The translations under genes were made by a program, and so were the position numbers. Positions 10,427 to 21,500 of a DNA stretch of 64,000 bases are shown here, one piece after another. This DNA is from Terriglobia bacterium (GTDB taxonomy: Bacteria; Acidobacteriota; Terriglobia; 20CM-2-55-15): contig CAXWPJ010000001.1 in the NCBI GenBank assembly GCA_963664115.2, positions 1 to 64,000 of the forward strand. The letters run 5' to 3'. The first letter of the stretch is position 1. Every line of letters starts with the position of its first letter. The notes beneath the pieces were generated by a model that made no database searches, was not told the DNA's origin, and saw only the letters and a program-made list of their open reading frames with translations.

Positions 10427-12190
10427 ATGAGCACAGCTGTAGAACATACTCACCCGCAACTGGGTTTCATCCGAAAGTACGTTTTTAGTACTGACCATAA
10501 AGTCATCGCCATCCAATACATCATCACGGCCTCAGCCATGGCCGTAGTCGGTGGAATCCTTTCGATGCTGATGCGGTTGCAGTTGGCCTGGCCATCCGAG
10601 CAGTATCCAATCCTCGGTGATATCTTCCCCACCGGATTCGCGGGTGGCATAATGGCGCCGGAATTCTATCTCTCACTGGTCACGATGCACGGCACCATCA
10701 TGGTGTTCTTCCTGTTTACGGCAATCCTGACGGGCGGCTTTGGAAACTTCCTGATTCCCTTGCAGATCGGCGCGCGGGACATGGCTTTTCCGTTCTTGAA
10801 CGCGCTGTCGTACTGGACGTTTTTTGTGTCGTGTATTGTCATTCTGGGAGCCCTGTTCGTCGCCGGCGGTGCGCCGCTGGGCGGATGGACGGCCTACGCG
10901 CCCTTAAGTGCCCTGACCGAGGGCAACCCGGGGCAAGGCAATGGGATGACCCTCTGGATTGTGGCCATTGCCCTGTTTGCGGTGTCCGGATTGATGGGCG
11001 GTCTCAACTACGTCACAACCCTGCTGACCATGCGGACCAAGGGCATGTCCATGATGCGGCTGCCACTGACACAGTGGTCCATCTTTATTACATCGATTCT
11101 TGGAACGCTTGCTTTCCCGGTGCTTCTTGCCGCGGGCATTCTCCTCACGTTTGATCGATTGGGCGGCACGAGTTTCTTCGTTCCCGGCGGCTTGATCATG
11201 GGGCAACAGTTGGTCGACCACACCGGCGGAAACCCGCTGCTGTGGCAGCACCTGTTCTGGTTCTTCGGACACCCGGAAGTCTATATTGTTCTCCTGCCTG
11301 CGATGGGTATTGCATCGGACATCCTGTCGACCTTCGCCCGCAAACCCATATTCAGCTATCGGATGATGGTCTACTCCATGTCGGCCATCGCGTTTTTGAG
11401 CTTTGTTGTCTGGGGGCACCATATGTTCATGAGCGGCATGAGTCCGGTACTGGGTTCGCTGTTCACGCTGACGACTTTGCTGATCGCGATCCCCTCGGCA
11501 GTCAAAACATTTAACTGGCTCGGCACGCTTTGGGGGGCCCGCATACGATTCACGCCACCCATGCTCTACGCACTCGGGTTTTTGTCTGTCTTCGTGAGCG
11601 GCGGTCTGAGCGGCATCTTCCTGGGCACTTCGGCCGCCGACATCGCGATGCACGACACGTATTTCGTCGTGGGACATTTCCACATGGTGATGGCAATCGC
11701 GCCGTTATTCGCTGGTTTTGCGGGAATCCATTTCTGGTTCCCAAAAATGTTCGGGCGGATGATGAACGATACGGTGGGGAAGATCCACTTCTGGATCAGC
11801 TTCATCGGCGTCAACTGCGTCTTCTTCCCGATGCATGCACTGGGAGTCGTCGGACATCTGCGCAGGATTTACGATCCTCTGCAGTACGACTTCTTGCAAC
11901 CCGTCCAGGGTATGAACCAGTTCATCACCATTTCGGCGTTCATCCTCGGCACGTCGCAGCTCTTGTTCCTCGGAAACTTCCTCATCAGCATCTGGGCAGG
12001 ACGGAAAGCCGAGAAGAATCCGTGGAATGCGACGACTCTGGAATGGACGTTGGCCTCGCCTCCGGGACATGGAAACTTCCCGGGCGAGTTGCCAACAGTT
12101 CATCGTTGGGCCTTTGATTTCAGCATGCCGGGTGCCAAGAAAGACTTTGTCATGCAGACAGAAGCGCCCGAAGAAGTCGAAATGAGTTGA
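10427..12190 (+). CDS. coxA: Cytochrome c oxidase subunit I (heme-copper oxidase, A1 type)
   Basis: STDHK, TMHGTIM, WFFGHPEVY, VWGHHM, HDTYFVVGHFH. Confidence 0.97.
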   Translation: MSTAVEHTHPQLGFIRKYVFSTDHKVIAIQYIITASAMAVVGGILSMLMRLQLAWPSEQYPILGDIFPTGFAGGIMAPEFYLSLVTMHGTIMVFFLFTAILTGGFGNFLIPLQIGARDMAFPFLNALSYWTFFVSCIVILGALFVAGGAPLGGWTAYAPLSALTEGNPGQGNGMTLWIVAIALFAVSGLMGGLNYVTTLLTMRTKGMSMMRLPLTQWSIFITSILGTLAFPVLLAAGILLTFDRLGGTSFFVPGGLIMGQQLVDHTGGNPLLWQHLFWFFGHPEVYIVLLPAMGIASDILSTFARKPIFSYRMMVYSMSAIAFLSFVVWGHHMFMSGMSPVLGSLFTLTTLLIAIPSAVKTFNWLGTLWGARIRFTPPMLYALGFLSVFVSGGLSGIFLGTSAADIAMHDTYFVVGHFHMVMAIAPLFAGFAGIHFWFPKMFGRMMNDTVGKIHFWISFIGVNCVFFPMHALGVVGHLRRIYDPLQYDFLQPVQGMNQFITISAFILGTSQLLFLGNFLISIWAGRKAEKNPWNATTLEWTLASPPGHGNFPGELPTVHRWAFDFSMPGAKKDFVMQTEAPEEVEMS

Positions 12191-12230
12191 GTGCGGTGAC
12201 CGACTCTAGTCATTGAGAAATTGGTATCGG

Positions 12231-12899
12231 ATGTCAGTCGTAACTGAAGAAATCAAGGGAATTGACGGACTGGAGGATAGTCTCGACACCGGAGGGCCTC
12301 CACCACCGGCGTTACCTGACGGGAATGCGGGGGACGGAAATTCCGGCGAGCCTTTTTCCCGTTTTCCAGTTTCAAAGGGTCAGCTGGGACTCTGGTTGGC
12401 GCTGACTGCTATAGCGATGCTGTTCGCCGGCTTGTCGAGCGCCTATATCGTCATGCGGGGCGCTCCATCATGGCAGAACGTGGCTCTGCCTGGGGCACTG
12501 TGGGTCAATACTTTCGTTCTTCTGGCCAGCAGCGTCACGATAGAGTGGGCGCGGCGCCGGGTGCAGGTTGACCGGATGGGCCCGACGAAGTTCTGGATGG
12601 GAGCCACTGCGGGGCTGGGCCTTGTTTTCCTCATAGGACAGGTCGTCGCCTGGAGACAACTCGTCAGTGTGGGTGTGTACCTACCGACAACACTGCACAG
12701 TTCTTTTTTATATATTTTGACGGGCGCACATGCGCTCCACATACTCGGTGGCCTAACGGCGCTCGGGTATGTCCTGATCCAAACATTGAAAAATCGGTAC
12801 ACGGCATCGAACCATGAACCTATCGCCTTGTGCGCGATGTACTGGCATTTTATGGATGGCCTCTGGGTCTACCTTTTCCTTTTGTTGATTCTGGCTTGA
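12231..12899 (+). CDS. Cytochrome c oxidase subunit III-like protein (first paralog)
   Basis: LTGAHALHILGG, YWHFMDGLW; several TM helices. Confidence 0.9.
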   Translation: MSVVTEEIKGIDGLEDSLDTGGPPPPALPDGNAGDGNSGEPFSRFPVSKGQLGLWLALTAIAMLFAGLSSAYIVMRGAPSWQNVALPGALWVNTFVLLASSVTIEWARRRVQVDRMGPTKFWMGATAGLGLVFLIGQVVAWRQLVSVGVYLPTTLHSSFLYILTGAHALHILGGLTALGYVLIQTLKNRYTASNHEPIALCAMYWHFMDGLWVYLFLLLILA

Positions 12900-12913
12900 T
12901 TTAAGGAGTCTTG

Positions 12914-13534
12914 ATGGAAGCAGCCGTAGCCGAACAAGAACGAATCCTGGCTTCAGATTGGGGCGGTGGCAAGAACCCGTTTGGGACGACTTGGGGCAAG
13001 TTCATGATGTGGATTTTCATCGTCTCCGACGCGTTGACCTTCGTCGGGTTCATCGTCGCATATGGATTCATGCGGGCTTCCAGCCCGGAATGGCCCGACC
13101 AGGCTGAAATCTTCGACATGCGGCTGATCACCTTCATGACCTTCGCGCTAATATCCTCCAGCGCCGTCATGGCCATGGCCGTGGGTGCCGCGCAACAAGG
13201 AAAGCAGAAAGAAGCCGTTCGATTTCTCGTGATGACAATCGTGGGTGGAACGATTTTCCTGGGATCGCAGGTCTTCGAGTGGGCGCACTTCATCGGAGAA
13301 GGAGCGCGGCTCAACTCCAACCCCTGGGGCGTGCCTCAGTTCAGCGCGAGCTTCTTTGTGATGACAGGATTTCACGGTTTTCACGTACTGACCGGGCTGA
13401 TTTTACTGGCGTACACGGCGCTCCGCGCGCAAGCCGGACACTATTCGGGCGACCGGGTTGAGATCGCCGGTTTATACTGGCACTTTATAGACGTTGTTTG
13501 GGTTTTCATTTTCGCGTTTTTCTATCTGCTGTAG
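12914..13534 (+). CDS. Cytochrome c oxidase subunit III-like protein (second paralog)
   Basis: MWIFIVSD, TGFHGFHV, YWHFIDVVW; AAGGAG RBS. Confidence 0.92.
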   Translation: MEAAVAEQERILASDWGGGKNPFGTTWGKFMMWIFIVSDALTFVGFIVAYGFMRASSPEWPDQAEIFDMRLITFMTFALISSSAVMAMAVGAAQQGKQKEAVRFLVMTIVGGTIFLGSQVFEWAHFIGEGARLNSNPWGVPQFSASFFVMTGFHGFHVLTGLILLAYTALRAQAGHYSGDRVEIAGLYWHFIDVVWVFIFAFFYLL

Positions 13535-13553
13535 GCGGCCTAGGAGGAACTGG

Positions 13554-13862
13554 ATGACAGAAGAAATTCATCCCGCGGGTTACCGGACTTATTACGTTAC
13601 CTGGGGCTGGCTCCTGGTGTTGACGCTGCTGGCGCTGGGCATTGGCTATGTCGACATGCCAGGAGGCATCAAAGCGCTGCTACTTGTCGGAACGACTCTG
13701 GCCAAAGTGGTTATCATTGCGGCAATCTTCATGCACCTGCGGTTCGAAAAGATGAACCTGGTTTTGATCACTTTCTGTCCCTTGGTGCTGGCGCTGATCC
13801 TCTTTTTCTTTATAGCCCCGGATGCCGCCGACTCGGTCAACCGAGTATTAACGCTGCGATAG
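13554..13862 (+). CDS. Cytochrome c oxidase subunit IV family (CtaF-like)
   Basis: AKVVIIAAIFMHLRFE motif; AGGAGG RBS. Confidence 0.85.
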   Translation: MTEEIHPAGYRTYYVTWGWLLVLTLLALGIGYVDMPGGIKALLLVGTTLAKVVIIAAIFMHLRFEKMNLVLITFCPLVLALILFFFIAPDAADSVNRVLTLR

Positions 13863-13878
13863 TTTTGAGGTAAGACAT

Positions 13879-14115
13879 ATGGAAATCGTCAAGAAACTTA
13901 TGGGCCCGCTAGCCGTTATCGCCGTGATGCTCACCCTGGAATCAACCGGGTGGAGCCAATGCGCCATGTGCCGAACGGCACTTGAAAGCTCTGTCGAAGG
14001 ACAGCAGATGGCCGAAGGATTCCGTCAGGGCATCCTCTTTTTGCTGGTCGCGCCTTATGCCATCGTCGGCGGGATTTCCTATGCGATCGTGAAAGCGCAT
14101 AGGAGAAAGAAGTAG
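13879..14115 (+). CDS. Small cox-operon membrane protein with CAMC (CxxC) motif
   Basis: Signal/TM helix, SQCAMCRTALE, second TM helix, basic tail; GAGG RBS. Confidence 0.75.
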   Translation: MEIVKKLMGPLAVIAVMLTLESTGWSQCAMCRTALESSVEGQQMAEGFRQGILFLLVAPYAIVGGISYAIVKAHRRKK

Positions 14116-14129
14116 CCAATCTAAGCGGG

Positions 14130-14300
14130 CCACGGATTTGACGGACTAAGACCTGTTCGTCTGAGGCCTCCCAAACCCAACCATCGCCTCCGGATTTATA
14201 TATTGGACGCGGAACTCACGGATTCTGCGTCCATTTTTGCAGCAAAAATAATCCATTTAATTCGCGTAAGCCGCGGCAGGTCTGAATCTGTGCAATCCGA
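14130..14300. repeat. Degenerate 9/10-bp periodic palindromic repeat (CACGGATT type)
   Basis: ccacggatttgacggact ... aatctgtgcaatccg, plus internal hairpin ggacgcggaa...ttctgcgtcc. Lies between convergent genes. Confidence 0.5.
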
Positions 14301-14301
14301 G

Positions 14302-15165
14302 TTACAGGAACTGCAATCCATGGATGATGGAAACGACGATCGCGAGCGCCGTAACGCCAACGCATACCAGGGCTCCGATCGTGTGGTCGAGGCGTTCCGG
14401 CATCAGAGGATCGAGCCAGGCCGCTAAACCATAGCCTCCGAGAAAGCCTCCGAGGTGCGCCATGTTGTCAACGTTTGGCAGGATAAAACCCATAACGACA
14501 ATATAGATCAGCCATGGCCGCAGTTGCTGTGAAATCGCACTGCTCCCGCTGCGGCGAGCATAGTACATCGCTGCCCCGATGAGACCCAGAAGGGAGGCTG
14601 AAGCCCCGACAGTCAAGCTGGCGCCGCTCAGAAAGGGAATGGGAAAAGGAAACACATACCCAACAGTGGACGTCAAGAGGAAGCCAGAGGCACCCGCAAC
14701 GACGTAGATGATGACCATCCGGCTCAGACCATAGAACTCAATAATGGCAGGCCCCACCATACGCACGGCATACATGTTGAACAGGATGTGTAAAAGACCA
14801 CCGTGGAGCCATGTCGCGGTCAGAATCGTCCACCAACGATCGAATTGAAAGATCGGCAGCGCCCCGCTCGCCCCCAGCAAAAACAGGCCAGAAGTACTCG
14901 GGGACAGGAATCCCATTATGCCGCCCATTCGTATGCCGCCATAGTCGACCAGGAGCGAAGTCGCATACATGGCTGCACAAACTATCGTGATGAACTGAAT
15001 GAACGATTCGTCCAAGTTGCCGCGTCCAAGCTTGGCAAGCAAGGGCCCGAATCCCCACAGGCCGGGATTGCGGCGGCCGCAGGTCAAACACTCGTCGTCA
15101 TTGACACCAACCAAGTTTCGGCACGACGGGCAGATAACGGAGCCCTCTATTTTACGGCCTAACAT
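14302..15165 (-). CDS. Rhomboid intramembrane serine protease with N-terminal Cys4 zinc-ribbon
   Basis: CPSC...CLTC, WWTILTATWLHGGLLHILFN, GASAS, DNMAHLGG. Confidence 0.9.
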   Translation of the reverse strand: MLGRKIEGSVICPSCRNLVGVNDDECLTCGRRNPGLWGFGPLLAKLGRGNLDESFIQFITIVCAAMYATSLLVDYGGIRMGGIMGFLSPSTSGLFLLGASGALPIFQFDRWWTILTATWLHGGLLHILFNMYAVRMVGPAIIEFYGLSRMVIIYVVAGASGFLLTSTVGYVFPFPIPFLSGASLTVGASASLLGLIGAAMYYARRSGSSAISQQLRPWLIYIVVMGFILPNVDNMAHLGGFLGGYGLAAWLDPLMPERLDHTIGALVCVGVTALAIVVSIIHGLQFL

Positions 15166-15242
15166 TCGGGTTGAGTATACCGGAATTCGAAGAGTTAACC
15201 ACAGAGGCGCAAAGTCCAAGAGGAAGAGCCGGCAAGAGGTTT

Positions 15243-15400
15243 TTACCGCAAAGGCGCAAAGACGCAAAGGCAGAAGTATGACCTGCATACATTGAGTCCA
15301 AACACAGCTGTTTCGGTTGGCAACACGGCGGAGGGAACCACCATAAAGCTTCAGTAAGACGAACTCTACGCAGCCTAAAACCTTTGCGCCTTTGCGGTAA
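15243..15400. repeat. 9-bp periodic inverted repeat (CGCAAAG type)
   Basis: Perfect 19-bp IR ttaccgcaaaggcgcaaag (15243-15261) / ctttgcgcctttgcggtaa (15382-15400). Confidence 0.85.
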
Positions 15401-15406
15401 GAATTT

Positions 15407-16747
15407 CTAGTCGATGTGTTCGAAGATGTCGGGGTCGGGTGAGGCGAAAAAGTGGTCGTGGAGGAGGCGGATCGCGGTGTCGGCATGCTCGTCCCTGACG
15501 ACAAAGCTGATGTTGATTTCCGAAGCACCCTGGGAAATCATTCGGATGTTGATGCCCGAAACGCAGGCGAAGGTCTGCGCCGCGATCCCGGGGCGATCTT
15601 TGAGATTTGTACCCACCATGCATACCAACGCCAGATCCCGCTCAACCTCAACTTTCCCCAACGAGGCGAGTTCCTCGACGACAGATTCCAGGTCGCTGCT
15701 ATCGTCCGTTGTCAGCGACACAGATACCTCGGATGTGGTCACGACGTCGATGCTGATCCGGTGCTTATCGAATACTTCGAACAAGGCCCGCAAGAAGCCG
15801 TGTGCCATCAGCATTCGAGACGATGTAACGGTTACGGCCACAATTCCTCGTTTCGATGCAAACGACTTCACCATCGATTTTCCGGCAGGAGCGTCTGAGC
15901 TAATGACGGTGCCCGGCCCCTCTGGCCTTCGGGAATTCAGAACTCGGACCGGAATTGCTTGCTCTATGGCTGGCAGGACAGTCGATGGATGGAGGACCTT
16001 GGCACCGAAGTACGCCAACTCGGAGGCCTCCGCGAACGAGATGTGCCGGATCGTCAAGGCATCTGCCACGACGCGGGGATCCGCCGTCATCATCCCGTCA
16101 ACGTCTGTCCAGATCTCCACTTCATCGGCTCCGAGGCAACTCGCAAATAACGTCGCGGTGTAATCCGAGCCACCGCGCCCAAGCGTCGACGTCTCTCCGG
16201 ACCGGGTCGAAGCCACGTATCCACCCATAACTACGGCGTGGCCCACCTGAATCAACGGTCGCAGAATCGCTTCGGCGGCCTTGGCAGTGTCATCCCGAAT
16301 AGGGTTCGCGCGCCCGAAAGTATCATCCGTGATCATGCACTTCCGAGCATCAACATGAGTGGTAGGCGCGAGCGCTGCAAGACGATGGGCGAATATCTGT
16401 GACGAGAGTATTTCCCCATACGACGCGATCCGATCTTCCATTTGAGGACTCAAGCTCCTGGCTTCGGAAACCCCCCGGAGAGCTTCATTCAATCCGTTCA
16501 TGTCAGTTTCCAGAGACGACATCAACCCGACGTGAAGCGCACGCAACCTTTCAAAGATCTCCATCGACTCGCTGAATGCGCCTTGCCCGGCCAGCCGGGC
16601 AGCCTCCAGCAATCCACTGGTCACCCCTGAAAGCGCGCTGACAACCACAAGGGGAGCTCGGTCCAATCGGGATTGAACGATCCGGCACGCGCGGTCCAGT
16701 GCTTGGGCATCCTTGACGGAAGTCCCGCCAAATTTCATCACGATCAT
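15407..16747 (-). CDS. lysC: Aspartate kinase (LysC type, two ACT domains)
   Basis: VMKFGGTSV, TLGRGGSDYTA, IWTDVDG, GAKVLHP, TSEVSVS, ISQGASE. Confidence 0.95.
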   Translation of the reverse strand: MIVMKFGGTSVKDAQALDRACRIVQSRLDRAPLVVVSALSGVTSGLLEAARLAGQGAFSESMEIFERLRALHVGLMSSLETDMNGLNEALRGVSEARSLSPQMEDRIASYGEILSSQIFAHRLAALAPTTHVDARKCMITDDTFGRANPIRDDTAKAAEAILRPLIQVGHAVVMGGYVASTRSGETSTLGRGGSDYTATLFASCLGADEVEIWTDVDGMMTADPRVVADALTIRHISFAEASELAYFGAKVLHPSTVLPAIEQAIPVRVLNSRRPEGPGTVISSDAPAGKSMVKSFASKRGIVAVTVTSSRMLMAHGFLRALFEVFDKHRISIDVVTTSEVSVSLTTDDSSDLESVVEELASLGKVEVERDLALVCMVGTNLKDRPGIAAQTFACVSGINIRMISQGASEINISFVVRDEHADTAIRLLHDHFFASPDPDIFEHID

Positions 16748-16811
16748 TTTAGGAAGATACCACTTAGGAAATTCGGAACTGCTATCTTATTGATGAACAG
16801 ACCGTTAGTGA

Positions 16812-17046
16812 CTCGAATCAGAAATTCAGTGCTTAACGGTTTCGTTCCCACCCGATCCGATCATCTATTTACTCTAAACGCCTCGGCTACCGCCTCGTTG
16901 TTCACCCGCAGCGAGGAACGCTGCGGGTCTTACAGGGCATGCACCAAGGTCCCAATTGTCCCCAAAAAACCCCGTCATCATTGATGATGACGGGGGGCGC
17001 CGGTCGTTCGGTCAGGAGGACCGAATGAACGACCGAGCGCTATCTT
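16812..17046. ncRNA. Candidate structured RNA / dispersed element, copy 1 (homologous to 60088-60321)
   Basis: Colinear similarity to copy 2 over ~235 nt; three hairpins with compensatory substitutions. Strand unresolved. Confidence 0.6.
16964..16995 (-). terminator. Rho-independent terminator-like hairpin downstream of gltD (also hairpin 2 of the two-copy element)
   Basis: Stem ccccgtcatca/tgatgacgggg followed by a U6 tract on the minus strand. Confidence 0.6.
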
Positions 17047-17087
17047 CTATGGGTAATCGACGTCACCACAGGCCAGTAGCTCGAATG

Positions 17088-18536
17088 CTAAAAATTTAGA
17101 GACGGTATTTCTGTGGAACCCATCAGGTACGTGTCGATCCCTCGAGCCGCTTCCCTGCCTTCGTGAATGGCCCATACGATGAGCGACTGGCCTCGAGCCA
17201 TGTCTCCAGCCGCAAAGACCCCGTCGATATTCGTCATCTTGTTGGTGTCTGCGATCACATTGCCACGGGCATCGAGATCGATACCCAACTGGCTCAACAT
17301 GCCGTCCTTCTCGGGCCCGAGGAATCCCATCGCCAAGAGAACGAGATCCACTTCGATTTCGAACTCCGAGTCGGACAGTTCTTCGATGTTGAAGCGCCCG
17401 TCGGCGCTTTTCTCAATGCTGACCTTCACACCGTGAAGTTTTTCAACACGGCCATTGCTTCCTGTGAAGCGTTTCGTGGAAACGTTAAACTCCCGGCCAC
17501 CGCCTTCCTCGTGCGCCGACGACGTACGGAAAATGTTGGGCCACCTTGGCCACGGATTGTCCTCGGCGCGCAAGTCCGGTGGGCGATCCAGCAGTTCGAG
17601 TTGATGGATCGCGGTCGCACCCTGGCGGTGAGCCGTACCCAGACAGTCCGCCCCGGTATCGCCACCCCCGATGATGACAACACGCTTGCCACTGGCCGAG
17701 ATGAAATCGCTTTCCACGATGACATCGCCTTCACAGCGTTTGTTCTGCATCGGCAGATACTCCATCGCGAAATGGATACCATCCAGTTCCCGGCCCGGCA
17801 CCGCAAGGTTTCGGGGGGCTGTCGCACCTCCGGCCAGTACGATCGCGTCGTAATCGTGACGGAGTGTGTCGGTCCCGATATTGACGCCGACGTTGGCGTT
17901 AGTCTGAAACACGACACCTTCTTCTTCCATCAGACGCAACCTGCGGTCGACTATGCGTTTCTCCATCTTGAACTCGGGAATACCGTATCGGAGCAAACCG
18001 CCGATGCGATCGTCCCGTTCCAGAACGGTTACGCTGTGGCCGGCCCGGTTCAACAGATCCGCCGCGGCCAGACCTGCGGGCCCCGATCCGACGACGGCCA
18101 CTTTCTTACCCGTACGTTCGCTGGGCGGCTCCGCTACGATCCAACCCTCATCAAAGGCACGCTCAATAATCGTGACTTCGATCTGTTTGATCGTGACCGA
18201 ATCATCGTTGATTCCGAGAACACAGGATCCCTCGCAGGGGGCCGGACACAACCGCCCGGTGAACTCGGGAAAGTTGTTCGTAGCGGACAGTCTCGCGATC
18301 GCCTCACGCCAATGGTCGCGGTAGACCAGATCGTTCCAGTCGGGAATAATGTTGCCCAGCGGGCATCCCTCGTGGCAGAAGGGAATACCGCAGTCCATGC
18401 AGCGGGCAGCCTGCTTGCGAAGTTCCTTCTCGGGAAAATCGCGATAGACCTCGCTCCAGTCCCTCAGTCGTTCCACAACCGGGCGGCGATCCGGTACAAC
18501 GCGGGCGATCTCCAGGAAACCGCTTGGATCAGCCAT
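17088..18536 (-). CDS. gltD: Glutamate synthase small subunit
   Basis: [53 protein letters not shown]. Confidence 0.97.
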   Translation of the reverse strand: MADPSGFLEIARVVPDRRPVVERLRDWSEVYRDFPEKELRKQAARCMDCGIPFCHEGCPLGNIIPDWNDLVYRDHWREAIARLSATNNFPEFTGRLCPAPCEGSCVLGINDDSVTIKQIEVTIIERAFDEGWIVAEPPSERTGKKVAVVGSGPAGLAAADLLNRAGHSVTVLERDDRIGGLLRYGIPEFKMEKRIVDRRLRLMEEEGVVFQTNANVGVNIGTDTLRHDYDAIVLAGGATAPRNLAVPGRELDGIHFAMEYLPMQNKRCEGDVIVESDFISASGKRVVIIGGGDTGADCLGTAHRQGATAIHQLELLDRPPDLRAEDNPWPRWPNIFRTSSAHEEGGGREFNVSTKRFTGSNGRVEKLHGVKVSIEKSADGRFNIEELSDSEFEIEVDLVLLAMGFLGPEKDGMLSQLGIDLDARGNVIADTNKMTNIDGVFAAGDMARGQSLIVWAIHEGREAARGIDTYLMGSTEIPSLNF

Positions 18537-21500
18537 GCCGCACCACTTGCATCGAGTCGCCGGGGCTCCCCTTCTGTTCGTCGAGCACACGACGATAGTC
18601 CAAAGGCATAACCTTGACGAACTTCATGCGATTCTCTTCCCAGGCGTCGAGGACATCTCTGGCATAGTCACTATCGGTATAGTTCACGTGGCGTTCGATC
18701 AGATACCGGACAAAACTCTCCTCTGCCGGGCCTTCGAAGTGCTCCAGATCGACCATCTCCAGGTTACATCGAGCCCCAAAGTCGCCTTCCCGATCCAGAA
18801 CGTAAGCGATACCACCGCTCATTCCAGCCGCAAAGTTGCGGCCACTCGGTCCCAGGACAACCACCCGGCCACCGGTCATATATTCGCATCCGTGGTCCCC
18901 GACGCCCTCAACCACGGTAATAGCCCCGCTATTACGCACACAGAATCGCTCTCCCGCCAGACCGCGGATGAAGACCTCGCCACCCGTCGCGCCGTATAAG
19001 ACAACATTACCGACGATCACGTTTTCTTCAGGGACAAAGCGAGCTTTCTTTGATGGAAACACAATCACCCGGCCGCCTGACAATCCCTTGGCCAGATAAT
19101 CGTTGGCATCGCCCTCCAGCGTCAGAGTCATGCCCGCAGGCAGGAATGCTGCAAAGCTCTGCCCCGCCGAGCCTTTGAAATGGATCCCGATCGTGTCTTC
19201 AGGCAGGCCGTCCCCGCCGTGGGCCCGAGTCACCTCGCTTCCGAGAATCGTTCCCGTCGTCCGGTCCGAATGGCGAATGGGCAGCCGGATTTCCACCGGG
19301 CGCTTATGCTGCAAGGCCTCATGGGCCAGTTCGATCAGTTTTCGATCGAGCACGTCGTCGATACCGTGATCCTGCTCCTTAAGCTTCCGCGTTCCGACAT
19401 TCGATGGGACTTCCGGAGCCACCAGGAGTGCGCTCAGATCCAGTTTTTTACCCTTCCAGTGGTCGATCGCACTATCGGTGTGCAATCGATCCATCCGACC
19501 CACCATTGCGTCAACCGTGCGAAAGCCCAACTGTGCCATCAACTCCCGAACTTCCTCGGCAACGAACCGGAAGTAATTTACAACGTGTGCGGCATCGCCG
19601 TCGAACTTGGCACGCAAACGGGGATCTTGCGTCGCGATTCCGACGGGACAGGTATTGAGGTGACACACGCGCATCATGATGCATCCCGATACGACGAGGG
19701 CAGCGGTCGCGATTCCAAACTCTTCGGCACCCAGTAGCGCGGCCACAACCACGTCCCGGCCGGTCTTCATCTGCCCGTCGGTCTGCACGGTGATGCGGCT
19801 CCTGAGGTCGTTGGCTACAAGCACCTGATGCGTTTCAGCCAAGCCCATCTCCCACGGAATTCCAGCATGCTTGAGACTGGTCAACGGTGACGCGCCGGTC
19901 CCCCCGCTATCGCCTGAGATCAACACAACGTCGGAATGGGCTTTCGCGACTCCCGCAGCAACGGTCCCGACACCGACTTCGGACACCAGCTTGACACTGA
20001 TGCGCGCACGCGGGTTTGCGTTCTTCAAGTCGAAGATCAGTTGTGCCAGGTCCTCAATCGAGTAGATGTCGTGGTGCGGCGGGGGCGATATCAGGCCAAC
20101 ACCGGGTGTGGAGTGCCGGACACGTGCAATGTTCTTGTCCACCTTGTATCCGGGAAGTTGCCCACCTTCTCCCGGCTTTGCACCCTGGGCCATCTTGATC
20201 TGTAGTTCCCGTGCACTGACGAGATACTCACTGGTAACTCCGAACCTTCCGGACGCCACCTGCTTGATCGCGCTACTACGGGAGTCGCCGTTGGCGTCGG
20301 GGATGTAGCGGGCCGGATCCTCTCCGCCTTCACCGGTGTTGCTCTTGGCCCCGATGCGGTTCATCGCGATCGCCAGGGTTTCATGGGCCTCTTTACTGAT
20401 CGATCCGAACGACATCGCACCCGTTGCAAATCGGGTCACGATCGATTCCACGGGCTCGACCTCGTCCAACGACAACGGCGTATCGGCAAACTTGAAATCG
20501 AGCAATCCCCGAAGAGTGCAGAGCTTCTGCTCAGTTGCGTTTGCGGCAACGCTAAACTTTTTGAACGCCTTGTAGTTGTTGGTACGCGTCGAATATTGGA
20601 GCAGGTGTATCGTTTCGGGATTGTACATGTGGTACTCACCCTCGCGGCGCCACTGGTACTGCCCACCCCATTCGAGGACTGCGGCTCGAACGGGACGGTC
20701 GGGAAAGGCGCGGCTATGGTGCACCAGAATTTCTTCGGCTATTTCATTCAGTCCAATGCCCTCGATGCGCGACGGTGTCCACGTAAAATACCGGTCGACG
20801 AAAGCATGGTTGAGACCGATCGCTTCAAAGATCTGCGCGCCTCTGTAGCTCTGGAGCGTCGAGATGCCCATCTTCGACATCACTTTGACGATTCCCTTCT
20901 TGACCGCCTTCATGTAGTGATTCACGGCCTCTTGAGGGGAAATATCGATCAGTTTCTGCCGGACCATTTCGTCCAGCGTTTCAAACGCCAGGTACGGATT
21001 GACCGCTGTTGCCCCGTATCCCATAAGAAGACAGTAGTGGTGGACCTCTCGTGCTTCACCCGTTTCCACGACAATCGCGGTCCGTGTCCGCCTTCCTTCG
21101 CGTACAAGGTGGTGGTGCACGCCAGCCGTCGCCAACAAACTGGGTATCGGCGCCTGATCCCGATCGACGCCACGGTCGGAAAGAACCAGAATGTTGACGC
21201 CGTCATCAACTGCCTGGATCGCTGCGCTACACAGCGCTTCCAGTTCGCGTGCGAGACCCTGACCCCGATCGCGGGCCGCGAACAGCATCGACAAGGTTCG
21301 GGTTTTATAGCCGTCCAATTGAATGTTCTGCAGTTTTCGAAACTCGGCATTGTCCAAAATCGGTGAAAGAATCCGGATCTGCTTCGCACTTTCCGGCTCC
21401 GGACCCACAAGGTTTCTCTCGGCACCGATATAGCTGATCGTAGAAGTAACCAACTCCTCGCGGATCGCATCCAACGGAGGATTGGTGACCTGAGCGAACA

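Noticed and set aside
14302-15528. Extended N-termini in the ORF track (rhomboid 15528, murB 29130, yggS 47185, cdsA 55669, oppF 3116, MBL 34929)
   Set aside because: The extensions run through repeats or neighbouring genes. Downstream ATGs match the expected family starts.
16748-17000. Lysine riboswitch upstream of lysC
   Set aside because: No recognisable AGAGGNGC/loop-E core on the sense strand. The region is instead homologous to 60088-60321, which is not upstream of a lysine gene.
17014-17099. Small ORF ([24 protein letters not shown]) after AGGAGG within hairpin 3, as a type I toxin
   Set aside because: Not hydrophobic, and neither the start codon nor the frame is conserved in copy 2.
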